Shown: piece after piece, positions 38,014 to 50,699 of the stretch
Layout: every line of letters starts with the position of its first letter
Position numbering within the stretch: position 1 is the stretch's first letter
From: Mobula hypostoma
Taxonomy: Eukaryota
Assembly (NCBI RefSeq): GCF_963921235.1
Contig: NC_086103.1
Span: forward strand, 66,712,001 to 66,776,000
Length of the DNA: 64,000 nt
Reading direction: 5' to 3'
Notes under the pieces: generated by a model
Database searches by the model: none
Seen by the model: the letters and a program-made list of their open reading frames with translations, nothing else
What the model was told of the DNA's origin: nothing
Position numbers and translations under genes: made by a program

Positions 38014-41000
38014 ATTGTTGGGGAGATGCCAGTATTGTATCTGAACTGGAGCAGCTTGTCACAAATTTTGATACTATTGCTGGAATGTTGTCAGGCCGAT
38101 CGCGTTTTTCTGTTTCTTGATATTGCATGTAATGAATTGAATTAGCTGAAGACTGGCATCGATCATGCTGCAGGTCAAGATAGATAATCCACTTGGCACT
38201 TCTGGCTGAAGACTCTTGCAAATGCTTTAGCATTCCCTTTTGTGCTGATTTACTAGGCTTCTCATCAGTGAGAATGGGGATATTTACGGCATTAGCTCCT
38301 TCAGTGTGCTGGTTTATTGACACCATTGTTCACAACTGGATGAGGCAGGATCTGATCTGAGCATGGGTGTGGACTCATTCATCTCTGGCTGTTGTATGTT
38401 GTGTGTGGCGTTTGGCATTCTGTAGTCAGTCTGACAGATACCTGGCATTGCTCCAGGCATGCGTTCTTCATTGGCCATTGTAAATTGCCTTAACGTGTAC
38501 CTGAGTGATAGAACTCGGGGGAATTGATGAGGGTGTGGCAGGGATTAAATAGGATTAGTATAAGATTGCTGCAAATCGATGCTTTATGTTTGACATGGAC
38601 TCAATGGATGGAAAGGCCTGTTTACATGACTTCATGAAAAGCTGTTGAAGCCAACATGAAGAACTTGAGTCAGAACTGGGAAAGTATTAAAGGGTTTGCC
38701 AGAAACAGATAGGGGCAGAAGAGCATTGTTACTGCCCTAAAGATGAGGTATAATGGGCTGCAAATGAGCAAGCTGAAAAGAATTACGCTTGTTGAATTAA
38801 AAAAAATATTCTGGATGATCCCCTATGTATAAAACATTACAGTGTGTGTCTAGAACATTTCCTTGCTGAAAAGCAGACTGAATTAACTGCATTCATGTGT
38901 ACAATAGATCCTTAGATGGAAACTGGATCAATTACCTTTAGGTGTGCCTACATTCAAAATAGTTAAGTGAGGTTACCATAGAGAAATATAATGGACCATG
39001 CATTCAACAAAGCAACCTTAAAATGATAAAAGAGGGGGCCAGTTGTTGAGAGGGCAGCTCTGAATGAAACCAAATTCCACCATTTTCCAAACTAAAATAT
39101 TTACCAAATAAAGGCTTGCAGAATAGAAGAAGTAAGTCCAGATTTACAGAAGTAGATCTTTTTGGACTTAGACCACAAGACATTAACCTCAGGACATTTA
39201 TGGGCATTCAACTAGCAAGACGACTAGGCGTAGACTTAAATGCTTTCATTAATAGATCAGCATTAAGTATGGTAGCAACTAAATCTATTTTTTCTTCATA
39301 AATGTTACAAATGTTTAAAATAAGGCAGATTGTGACCTATTAATTAATAGCCATAGTGACAAAAATATCTTACATTGCATGAAAACAAATCTGCATATGT
39401 TTACTAGATTCAGTTAGTTGATGTTGACAACATCTGTGTTAATATTCCAGAGCCATTTCACTTTTCCTCCATGACCTCATTAATGCCATTAAACCAAAGT
39501 TAATGGTTTCATAATTTCAGCCTTTTTGTCAATATATAATTTCAGTTAGGCATGAATTAGGAATCAAAGTCAACCCTTTCATTACATGATCCACCAGCAA
39601 AATACTGATGGAAATCAGAAAATGCAGGAAATACTCAGCAGGTCAGAGAGTGTCTGGAGATAAAGAATCAGAGTTAACGTTGCAAGTAGGTGACCTGTCA
39701 ACAGAACACAAGGTTCTGGAAAAAGAGTATAAATCTGAGCTAGGAATTCTGCTTCTTTGTCCTCAGTTGTTCCTGATATGCACAGTTTTTCTGACATTTT
39801 CTGCTTTATTCCATTCTCCATGAAGTTACCCTTCATCTTTTGTTGATGACTGTAATTAAATCAGCCATGAAGTATAACTGAATTGTGGAACATGACTTTG
39901 GGTTGGAATGAATATTTCAGTTGCTAATCCTTGTGCCTGAGCTAATAGGTGCTTCCAATATGCTATTTTTACTAATATATCCATGATATTTTCTTTCTTA
40001 CTATGACAAAAAATTTACTTCAGCATAATCTCAAAGATTCTCCTTGACTTTTTCCTTGACATTAAAGCCACTAATAAGTAACTTCTTTTCCCTGCACAGG
40101 CTTTTCCAGTTATTTTTTTGGATTTTTCACCAGCTTAAAAACTTGGCACAAGACATTAATTACATAATTACACTGTATATCAGCAGAAATATACTCTTGC
40201 CTGATATAAATCAATGCAAGAATAATTAAATTCGTATCGTGTTAATGCTGATCACCTCATCCACATTCCAGATGATTGGCGACATCTTGCAGAAATAATT
40301 GTTTGACAAGTGGTTAGAATTTGAAAAAACAGTGTGTAGTAACTTTCAACTGGGAATTTGTAAAATTCTTGATGAAGAATGGATTACTGGAATATGGGAT
40401 GGGAACAGGCAAACTGGAATACTTTTCGAATAACCTTTTCAGTATTAATAAAATGAACAGCCTTTTCCTGTTTTGTATTGTTCTGTGAGATTGTGATAAT
40501 GCATGGTCATTGTTCTCACTCTCTTTGCAGGGACAAACTCGGCTTTCCCTGTCTGGCCCTGAGGCCTAGTGATCAGATGTGAAGTAAGTGTAATTACTAC
40601 TGTTTAATATTGTCATATTCTGCCTATCTCAGTGCAATATATGGCATTTGTGGTGAACCTGATAGTGCATTGTTATCTAAAAGGAAGATTTTGTTCACCC
40701 TGTTTGTCACAAAACACAGCAAGGACAAATAACTAACAAAGTACAGCCACCATGGTGTGGGGAACTGCTGGAAAACCAATGAAGCTGAAACAGTTCTATA
40801 AAAGCCTAAATTTATATTGCTTGGAAACAAGAACAATGAAATGTCATTCAGCTCATCAGATCACCCACTCACCAAAGTCCTGTTTCAAAGTATTTTTCAT
40901 TTTTTTTTCTGTCCTACATCCATATCCATTACCCTGTGTTGAATTAGGATTCAATCCAATTTCTTCTGAATGCTTCAACTGTGTTCAATGTGCAAGGGAG

Positions 41001-42239
41001 CCATTTATTTTGTAAGTCAATAATTCAAAGTGTACAGGAGTCACTCTTTCTGTAGAGTTTATCTTGTGGTTTCTTCAGTTTATAATCTTGCGCTCTGCTT
41101 TTCCTCCTCGGTTTTTTTACACAAAAAAGTCTCTCCATATCCACTTCATTACCTCTCTTCTCTTATGTTGAATAGTTGGATCATATTTTGCTCTTTAATC
41201 TATTTCCAGGGAAAATACATTTCCTCTCCTTGTTTTTACTGCTAAATGGTCTAGGAAATCGAAATCTGTAGAAGAAACTTCCAATAATCCACTCAGCAAT
41301 AAAAATTCAAATATATCAAAACACTAAACTGGAAACAATATCTTTGGTAGTGATTTCATTTCCTTTTAGAACACACATTTTTATTAGATGGGCAATTGTT
41401 CTGTTCTGCTCATGATTCTCCTGAAAGGTTATTATAATTCTCCAAAAACATGTCAAAGTATTGAGAGTACATGTCTAAAATTCCCCTTTGCAAACATGGT
41501 AGGGTGTTAACAACTTGCCATAACATCTGTCACCAAGAAGGTGATGCTCATTGAAAAACCGGACAATGTTGTTATAATTCCAAACAATTTTATTCTAATT
41601 CCCCTGTTTTGTGAACAACCAACTCCGATTGGATCAGCTAGTTTCCCATTTGGATCAGAGCAGGGTAGGTATCTGCCTTACTGGATTTTACAAGAGCCAT
41701 CTATTTACTTTGAACCAGAGTGTTAAAAATGTATGTGAACAAAACCTCATAATGGTTCTGTCATTGTTGATGTGATAGTTACCCAGGACAGTGTTAGCTA
41801 TTGCAAACTTATGTGATAATTTTTAATATGTAAAGTGATTCAATGAACTCATCCCAATTCAGTAGTGAATCTTTGATTTTTTTTGTAAAATCTTCCAGAA
41901 AAAAATCTGTCAGTTAGTTGGCAGAATGTGCTTCCATGTTTGTGTGTTAATAGATATGAAGTAATCATCTAATCCATTCTGGTACCAAAGCATTACCCCA
42001 GCATCATCATGCTACCAATTAAGTGATTGAGGATGGAGCATTTGCAACTACCATTGGCTAGCAGTGTTAAAAAGAATAACATCTTAGTCTACTCCTACCA
42101 GCACATATACAGTCATCTGCAAATTTTATTCACTCCTGATATTAAGAAATGGTTGAGTACTCTGGATAGGTCCTGTGGTCAATGAGGACAACAAAGTCAT
42201 TATCTAAGGCTATAATGTTGAAGACTTGTAGATCTAGTC

Positions 42240-42835
42240 AATAGGTACATTTAATGTTAGAGAAATGTATACAATATACATCCTGAAATTCTTTTTCTTT
42301 GCAGACATCCATGAAAACAGAGGAGTTCCCCAAAGAACGAATGACAGTTAAAATGTTAGAACCCCAACTCCCGTACAAGCAGCAGCAAGGTACTGACCCT
42401 TCCACCCCCACCCCCAGAGAAAAAGCATCACCACCCTCCATCCAGCACTCAAGTGGGCAGCAAAGCATCAATAAAGACACAGACTTGCAGTACCCCAAAG
42501 ACTACTCATTCACCTGGTAATTCAACATACCACAGGCTCTCTCTCCCCTAATAAGGGAGAAAGAGGTGCCTCATTTCACAGCGAGAGGGGAGACATAACA
42601 AACAACTCACAGATTTATGATGTTAAAAGTCTGTTGCGTCACTTTACACGAGCTCTGCGCCCGGAGAGTCGGCACCAAAAAAACGCAGCTCCCCCGACAG
42701 CTAATCCGCTTCTCCAAGTGTTCTGTGTTCTCTGGGGACGCTTCAGTCAGGGACACCGGCCTAGAATCAGCATGTACCCAGAGCCACGAAATTCCAGAAC
42801 CCTGAAGGTGCACTCATCTTCCAGGCTGCGTCCTT
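42240..42835 (-). mobile_element. Non-coding retroelement fragment with Rex1/Babar-like tail
   Basis: GGTACATTTAATGTTAGAGAAATGTATACAATATACATCCTGAAATTC parallels the tail at ~58760-58815; the interior is CpG-richer. Confidence 0.5.
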
Positions 42836-43309
42836 AAACTAAACTTCACAATACAGATACAAGACTGGTACCTGCCAAACTCAGTGGAAGAATGCCTAGG
42901 AGAATGCTGAATGAGTCTAGAACAATGAGCCTAATTGACTACTTCCAGTCATCGGTGAATTGATGGAATGAATGTTGTACATGATTGATAGCAATGAATA
43001 GCAAAATACTTCAGGAGACAAAATGCCCAGACTATTGATTCCTACATCTTATTTCAGTCTGGATACAAACAAGGACAGGAAGGCTGAATTACAGTGAACT
43101 AGAACGAGTAATTATCCTTGCAATCAAGGTGGTGTTTGGTTCAGGAGAACATCAATGAGCTGTTGCAAGATTAAATCAATGGAAATGAGGGAGAACTCTC
43201 TCTGTTAGCTGCAGATACATTGTGCAAAGCAAGATGAAGACAAATTATCTCAGGTCCATTGTACTGATATAGAAGTTTTCAGGGCAATGTCCTGGAGTAA
43301 GCGAAACTG

Positions 43310-44330
43310 CATGAATACAGGCCCTTCAGCTCAACAAGCTTATGCCAACCACGTTGTTCACACAACTAGCCCCAATTTCCTGTATTTGGCCTATATCTCT
43401 CCAGGCTCCTTCCCTCAATGTACCTATTCAAGTTGTTCTTAAATGATACTATTGTTCCTGCCTCAATATCTTCCTCTGTAAGCTCATTCCATATACTCAC
43501 CATCCGATGAATGGAAAAATTGGCCCTCAGATCCATTTCAAACCATTTTCCTCTCACTCTAAATTGATGTTCCCTTGTTTTGGACTCTGCTGATCTGGGG
43601 AAAGGACTGTTACTCTCCATCTTATCTATGCCTCCCATTTTTTAAATACTTCTATAAGGTTGCCCCTCATTCTCCTAGGTTCTAAGGAACAATTACAGTA
43701 CCTAGACTGTCCAATCTCTCTCTATAACACAGGCTCAGCATTCCTGGCAGTATCTTTGTAAATCTTTTTTTGCACGCTTTTCAGTTTAACCACATCTTTC
43801 CTATAAAAGGGTGACCAAAACTGGTCATAATACTCCAAGTCTGACCTCACCAATGATTTATACAACACTAACATGTTGCCCCAACTCTTAAACTCAATGC
43901 TCTGACTGTGCTGAATGTCTTTTTTTCGCAGCCCGCCTATCTGTAATTCTGCCCTCAATGAATTATGCCCTTATACTCCCAGGTCCCTCTGTCCCATTAC
44001 ACTTCCTCGTGCCCAACCATTCATACAGTAAGTCGTATTCTAGTTTGACTTTCCAAAATGCATCACCTCACACTTATCTGTATTAAAATCCATTTGACAT
44101 TCTTCAGTCCACTTCTCCAACTGATCAACCCCCCCTCATAATCTATAGTAACAATCTTCACCATCAATAATACTTCCCAATTTTGTGCCATCTGCAAACT
44201 CACTGATCAAGTATATGTCAATATATGTCACATCCAAATAATTTATATAAATAACAAATAATAAGGGTCCCAAATTTGACTGACCCTTGTGTCACATCAC
44301 TAGTAATTGGTTCTACTCTGAGAATCAAAA
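43310..44330 (-). mobile_element. Degraded CR1 LINE 3' portion
   Basis: LYKSLVRSDLEYYDQFWSPFYRKDVVKLKSVQK; HRMVSIWNEL; rc of KFADD-like sequence at ~44180-44200. Confidence 0.85.
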
Positions 44331-47300
44331 TTCATTATCAGTGGGTCGATATCTTGGAATTCTCTGGCTAACATCTCAAGAACTTAAATAAGATGGCTTA
44401 TTATCAGCTTCTGAAGATTATTTAGGCATTTCTGGCAAAAAGAACAAATTGTCTTCATAAAGTGCTTTTTAATATCCAAAGAATTATACAGCCAATGAAG
44501 TACATTTGAATTATGGTTAAGTTGTAAAATTGGTTTATTATTGGCACAAGTACAGAGGTACAGAGAAAACTTTGTCTTGCATAATATCCATACAGAAGTG
44601 AGCTATCAGGTGCAGCTTAATGGGTTCCGTAGAAGGTGACTATCTATTCCAAACAGGGAAACATAAGCTGCAGGTTCTGTGTATAGTTAATCCAATATTT
44701 CTCCACACTCTTTGATAGTGCACATTTTGGTTCAGTATACTAATCACTTTGCTTCTTTAATCTTGCCCATAGAAGTTCAGCTTATTTTTCTACAGCAGAA
44801 TGAGTATGCAAAGTCGTCTACTGATGAGCAGGGTATCTGTCCTTTTAAGGGTTCAGTTCTAATGGGGGGTCAGGAGAAAGTGAGAAGGTCGTGTTTGCAT
44901 CATCCCATGAGATCAAGAGTGATTGTGAAGTAAGTAAGAATTTGGAATATAGTTGCACAGATACCATCATCATTAATGCTTCCAGCCTTGCTAATGGCTT
45001 CAGAATCGCCCCTTTCTGCAATGGCTAACATTATCCCCTAAGGGTTAAAGAATACTGACCTGACTGCCCCACATCAGTTTTTGCCCCTCCCCCTCCATTT
45101 TCTTGTGATGGGCCAAACTTCTGCAAGAAAATAAAAATTGTGTTGCTGAGTGGAGTGCAACCTGATTGGGCGGTGTGGCTGAGGGTTGAAAAGCCACCAG
45201 TGTGTGAGAGCTGCCAGTTTTTGGTGTAATGTTTCCAAAGTGATAAGCACATGAACTTGAGCAAATATTTATGAACTGAAGAGTCAAAGCACTGATTGAT
45301 AGAGATGGGAGTTGGGTGGTGATTGACTATAGTGAACCGAATAGTAGATGAGACTAGTAGTAAAACTGTTAAGTTGTGACCTCTTAAGTTAAAACCCACC
45401 AATTTGACAATGTCATTTTTTTCTTGTGATGCATTTTAGGATTGCAATTATGATTACTTCTCTCACTGCATCCTGAACATATGGCCTGGAAATGTTATTT
45501 AAAACCTAATTGCTAAATATGTTTGAGCACTCAGTGTGTACTTAGCACATTTTAATAAATTCTGACCTGGTTCCCTGTGTAAATGTTACACACCCACATA
45601 TGTGCCATTGGATATGAACTGTGATATCAGTTACTGAAGTACACTTTGTTGATAACATTTAGCAATTTTTCTAACCCGTATACATGACTGACAAAATCAT
45701 TCCAAGACTCAAACTCTCAATTAAGGACTGCCCTTATGTTTGTTAAATGACCCACATTACTTTGAGGTGCCAATCTTACTTCAGAGGTAAGGATGAAATA
45801 ACATTTTGAGTGATGGCTGCTAATCTCCTCTCTACTAGGGCAATGGGTCTTTGTTCCCTGTTGAGGTCTCAAAATGCCCTCAGTCCCTAATCATCTTCCC
45901 TCCACTAATCTGCTTCTCTGCTCAGCTAATTTTATCTCAAGCCATCCCAATCTTACCCCAGACATGCAGGAATTGTTTTACTAGCCTAATCATTCCCTTA
46001 ATTTCCCCTCCATCTAATCTAATCGTCATCTTGGCACCAGCTCCTCTGAACAAATCCCACTCCTTCCCAGTCTATTACACTCCATATTCTACTACTTTCC
46101 TGCACCTCCCTTCTCCCCATTACCACTCTCTCTCTCTCTCTTTCTCATTTCCATGCTTTGCCATGGTAGAAGGCTGCAAAGTAAAAGGCTTTGTGCATGT
46201 TTACACATGATTGTGTAGTTCTATCAGTCTTGGAAGTCTTTCATCATAGATTATGGCATCTTTTTGACCTTACACTGATCAAGCATGGGCATTCTGCAAT
46301 AATGTTTCTTCAACATCTCAATACCTGCATTAAAATAAACATTATTTATTGGAGGAAGCATTTTATCTATGTGGTTTTTTAAAGCCTTTTGTTTTGTTTA
46401 TCTAGGAAAGTAAAATGGCTTGACAAAGAAAAGACAAGAAGGCTTTGTTTTATGATATTGGAACATGTGGTGCCTGGGGAGGAACTTCTGATGGAAACAG
46501 AATTTTGTATCAATAACACTGTGCCTCACCCCATGTGAAAGAAACACAAGCAGAAGCATAATTGCAAAGATCACCAATTCTCTTTGAAAAGTAAAATGTT
46601 TGCAAAGAAATGCACTAAATAAACTGGGTTAGGAATGCAGCATATGGTCAACACGGAGATTGAACCCAGCAGAGGGAAACATGTTGAATTATTTTGTACA
46701 GAAGCCAGCGAGGGAGTGGAAGGTCAATAGATTGGTCTGCCTTGCTCTACTGAAGCAAATGATTCTGGCATATGCTTAGATGCTCCATCAGCATGAAGTA
46801 TTGCAGTTCCTGATGTATTTAACTCATTTAATTTGTGTTCTTTCATGTACATCAATACGTAACACACAAATCAAATAACTTTTCAGTTAACGTTTCCATT
46901 GTTATGGTCATACATAAAAGAACAGTTGACCATAATGATTTCATGTGCTTTTTCTGTCACATTCATTGAGTGCAGGATGCCTGTGGTTAAAGGTCTACTT
47001 AGAAGCCCCACGGGCGATAAACTATACTGCCATGGCAGAATAGATGAAGCACACATAAGTAATTTTACCTTTGCTCCAACATAGGAATTATTTAAGCAAA
47101 AGTCCATGGCCAATGAAAGATTGCTAAGGTAACTGAGAACTCACGACAATATTTTAACAATTTACACGTGGGGCCAAGCTTTGCCAGAGCAGGCAGCTTA
47201 TGGCACGCATCATTAGTTAGACTTGTTACACATGTCTAAGTTGCACATTGCTAACAAGATAGCAAGAGGAAGATCTCAGGGGCCTTGGCGTACAACAGCA

Positions 47301-47709
47301 TTAATAATCTCTACGCTCTTCATAGAAACAAACAGGGCAAGTAAATTCAATGTCAGATCAGGTACAGAAAGAAAAAGAGAAGGAAGGAAAGATTGGATTA
47401 ACAGAGAGAAAAAGTGAGTAAGGAAGGAAGTGAAAAGTAGGAATTTAAAATGACATTTAAAAAATACTTAACAATTCACAACATCTTAGTTTTTAGTTAA
47501 CAATTAACACATTCTTAAAAAGGGTACTTGAATTTTAAATTACTTATCTCACATTTCTAAATATGTAATGTTTTTGTAAAGCTAAAGGAAGGGAATGAGT
47601 CAGCAGATACTATCAGATGTTTTATAATTCACAAGGCATCTTTCTTCTCTGCACTGATGCTTACTTTTGTAATACAAGCATGGGCTTTTTAGTACAGTAT
47701 CAATATTAC

Positions 47710-48833
47710 TATAAGACCATAAGAGCATAAGATATAGGAGCAGAAGTAGGCCATTTGGCCCATCAAGTCTGCCCCACCATTCAATCATGGGCTAATCCAA
47801 TTCTTCCTGTCATCCCCACTCCCCTGCCTTCTCCCATTATCCTTTGATGCCCTGGCTAATCAAGAACCTATCTATCTCTGCCTTAAATACACCCAATGAC
47901 TTGGCCTCCACAGCTGCTTGTGGCAACAAATTCCACAGATTTACCATACTCGACTAAAGTAATTTCTCCGTATCTCAGTTCTAAAAGGATGTCCTTCAAT
48001 GCTGAAGTCGTGCCCTCTTGTTCTAGACTCCCCTACCATGGGAAATAACTTTGCCATATCTAATCTGTTTGTTCAGGTCTTTTAACATTCGGAATGTTTC
48101 TATGAGATCCCCCCCTCATTCTCCTGAACTCCAGGGAATACAACCCAAGAGCTGCCAGATGTTCCTCATACGGTAACTCTTTCATTCCTGGAATCATTCT
48201 CGTGAATCTTTCTGAACCTTCTCCAATGTCAGTATATCCTTTCTAAAATAAGGAGCTTAAAACTGCACACAATACTCCGTGTGATCTCACGAGTGCCTTA
48301 CAGAGCCTCAACATTACATCCCTGCTTTTATATTCTATATCTCTAGAAATGAATGCCAACATTGCATTTGCCTTCTTCACCACCCTGGAGGTTAACCTTT
48401 AGGGTATCCTGCAGAAGGACTCCCAAGTCCCCTTGCATCTCTGCATTTTTGTTTCCTCAACACTACCGACTCCTTCACCTATCTTTGTATCATTGGCAAA
48501 TTCAGTCACAAATCCATTAAGCCCATAGTCCAAATCATTGACATACATTGTAAAAAGCAGCAGTCCCAACACTTATCCTTGTGGAACTCCACTGGTAACC
48601 AACAGCCAGCCAGAATAGGATCCCTTTATTCCCACTCTCTGTTTTCTGCCGATCAGCCAACCTATGCTAGTAACTTCCCTGTAATTCCATGGGCTCTTAT
48701 CTTGCTAAGCTGCCCCATGTGAGGCACCTTGTCAAAGGCCTTCTGAAAATCCAAGTACACCACATCTACTGCATCTCCTTTGTCTACCCTGCTTATAATT
48801 TCCTCAAAAAATTGCAGCAGGTTTGTCAGGCAG
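47710..48833 (-). mobile_element. CR1 LINE, RT to 3' end, with an internal deletion
   Basis: CLTNLLQFFEEIISRVDKGDAVDVVYLDFQKAFDKVPH; 3' UTR and CTTATGGT-like tail at ~47710-47760. Confidence 0.92.
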
Positions 48834-49015
48834 GCTTTGGGTGGAGTTCTTGGAGAGATTATTCTAATCAAAAGCATTTTATTCCCTGAATTTACTTGTT
48901 AGAAAATTGGATTAAGGCTGGCATAATGCAAGTCTTCGAAGGCTTGATAATGTAACTTTTTCTCATGATGACTACGCAAACATTGGATGTTTGTCTAACT
49001 TTAAGTCAATAACAT
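48834..49015. repeat. ~182-bp direct repeat, left copy (flanks the RTE)
   Basis: GCTTTGGGTGGAGTTCTTGG...AAGTCAATAACAT; manual alignment to 49920-50102 gives ~14 substitutions and 1 indel. Confidence 0.95.
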
Positions 49016-49916
49016 TCCAAGAAGACTCAGATCATCTATCAACCGTCACTAATTGAGACAAATCAGATAGAACCATCAATTCAACTTTGCGAAACAACCC
49101 TGGAAAACGTGGACCATTTTCCGTATCTTGGAAGTCACCTCTCCTCCAATGTTGACCTTAATGACGAGATCCAACATCGTGTTAAATGCACTGGAACAGC
49201 TTTTGGACGTCTTCGAACAAGAGTCTTTTATGATCGTGACATCTGAACAGACAACAAAATGTTAGTGTACAAAGCAGTGGTAATCCCAACGCTCCTGTAT
49301 GCATCAGAAACCTAGACAACATACCAATGACATCTGAAGGCACTTCAAAAGTTCCATCAACGCTGCCTTCAAAACATCTTAAATATCAGCTGGGAAGATA
49401 GAAGAACCATTGTCGGTGTGCTAAATGAAGCAAAACCAACAAACATTGAAGCCTATGTCATCAAGAACCAACTAAGATGGAGCGGTCATGTTGTTTGGAT
49501 GAGAGACAAATGTCTGCCGAAACAAATCTTCTACTCCCAGCTTAAAGAAGGCAAATGTAAAGGAGGCGGACAATAGGAGAGATTCAAAGACGTCTTAAGA
49601 GCCAACATGAAGAAATGTAACATCAACATCAACAATTGGGAAACCAATGCCAAGGACGGGAAACTCTGGCAAGCCATCATCCGAGAAGGAACAGCAACTT
49701 TCGAAGCCAACAGATGTGCAGAATTAGAAGAAAAGAGAAGAAAATGGAAAGAGAGGCAGCAACAACCAAAGCCCAATCTGCTGCCTGGAACTACCTGTCC
49801 TGAATGTGGAAGAACTTTCAAAGCCAAGATTGGAACTCATAAGCCACTTGAGAGCCCATAAGTAGATCAACAGAACGAAGACCATCATCCTCGACTTCGA
49901 GGGATAGCCACGATGA
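49011..49916 (+). mobile_element. RTE-clade LINE, 5'-truncated
   Basis: LENVDHFPYLGSHLSS, YKAVVIPTLLYASET, NQLRWSGHVV and CPECGRTF; short 3' UTR ending GGGATAGCCACGATGA. Confidence 0.93.
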
Positions 49917-49919
49917 CAT

Positions 49920-50102
49920 GCTTTGGGTGGAGTTCTTGGAAAGATTAATTTATTCAAAAGCATTTTATTCCCCTGAATTTACTTGTTAAAAAATTGAATT
50001 TAGACTGGCATAATGCAAGTCTTCGAAGGCTTGATAATGTAGCTTTTTCTCATGATGACCACGCAAACGTTGGACGTTTGTCTAACTGCAAGTCAATAAC
50101 AT
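49920..50102. repeat. ~183-bp direct repeat, right copy
   Basis: Begins within a few bases of the RTE tail and matches 48834-49015. Confidence 0.95.
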
Positions 50103-50297
50103 GAGTTTAATTTTTCCTACTAATTCACACAATATAGGTGAAGTCAGCATTAAATAACTTTCTCTAATTACTCTTGTATGGGTTAGCTGGTTAGGTTATT
50201 TGTTCAGTAATTAAAATTCAATCACAGGGCTGTGAACCTGGAGTGACATACAGGCTAGACTTGGAAACCAGGGGAAATTTCCTTCTCTGAAGAATAT

Positions 50298-50518
50298 TGT
50301 AATGTATGGAACTTTTTCCTTTAGAGCAATAACCTCCCCCCCCCCCCACCACCTTAGCACTATGCATTGATCTGTTGTCTGCACATAGACTGTTGTTTAT
50401 GCAGGCACATTGTGCTCTCTCTCTCTCTCTCTCGTTGCAATGTAGACACACCAGTTAAAGCCATCTCCCACGTGAGTGCTTTTATTTAATTGATATGTAT
50501 TTGTGCACCGACACAACA
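50298..50518 (+). repeat. 5' LTR
   Basis: TGTAATGTATGG...CAGTTAAAGCCATCTCC...GACACAACA. Confidence 0.92.
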
Positions 50519-50521
50519 AAT

Positions 50522-50531
50522 TGGCGACGAG
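50522..50531 (+). promoter_or_regulatory. Primer-binding site, complementary to the 3' end of tRNA-Ser(GCT)
   Basis: TGGCGACGAG lies 3 nt after the LTR; vertebrate tRNA-Ser(GCT) ends ..CCTCGTCG-CCA (recalled). Confidence 0.8.
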
Positions 50532-50699
50532 TATGAACCTGAACTTCAGAAAATATCGCCAACTGCACTGACAGTTATGGCACAATTACAGGACCAAACA
50601 GCGAGAGTTAAACAGTACAGAGAAGGCCATCATAGACACTAACAGATGCGTGAGTAACAGTAAAAGACATGCTGATTTTAAAGTGAAAATAACGTGGTG

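Larger units (their letters stand above)
33990..38460 (-). mobile_element. Old degraded LINE (CR1/L2 group, clade uncertain) hosting two CR1 insertions
   Basis: Minus ORF at 37123-37377, RVTALDIKVAFDQIWHQGALTKLK, is an RT motif. The element appears contiguous across the 34270-36925 and 37630-38013 inserts. Confidence 0.7.

Noticed and set aside
46407-46538. RRLCFMILEHVVPGEELL resembling a kinase hinge segment
   Set aside because: Too short, no other kinase motifs nearby, and followed by a stop.
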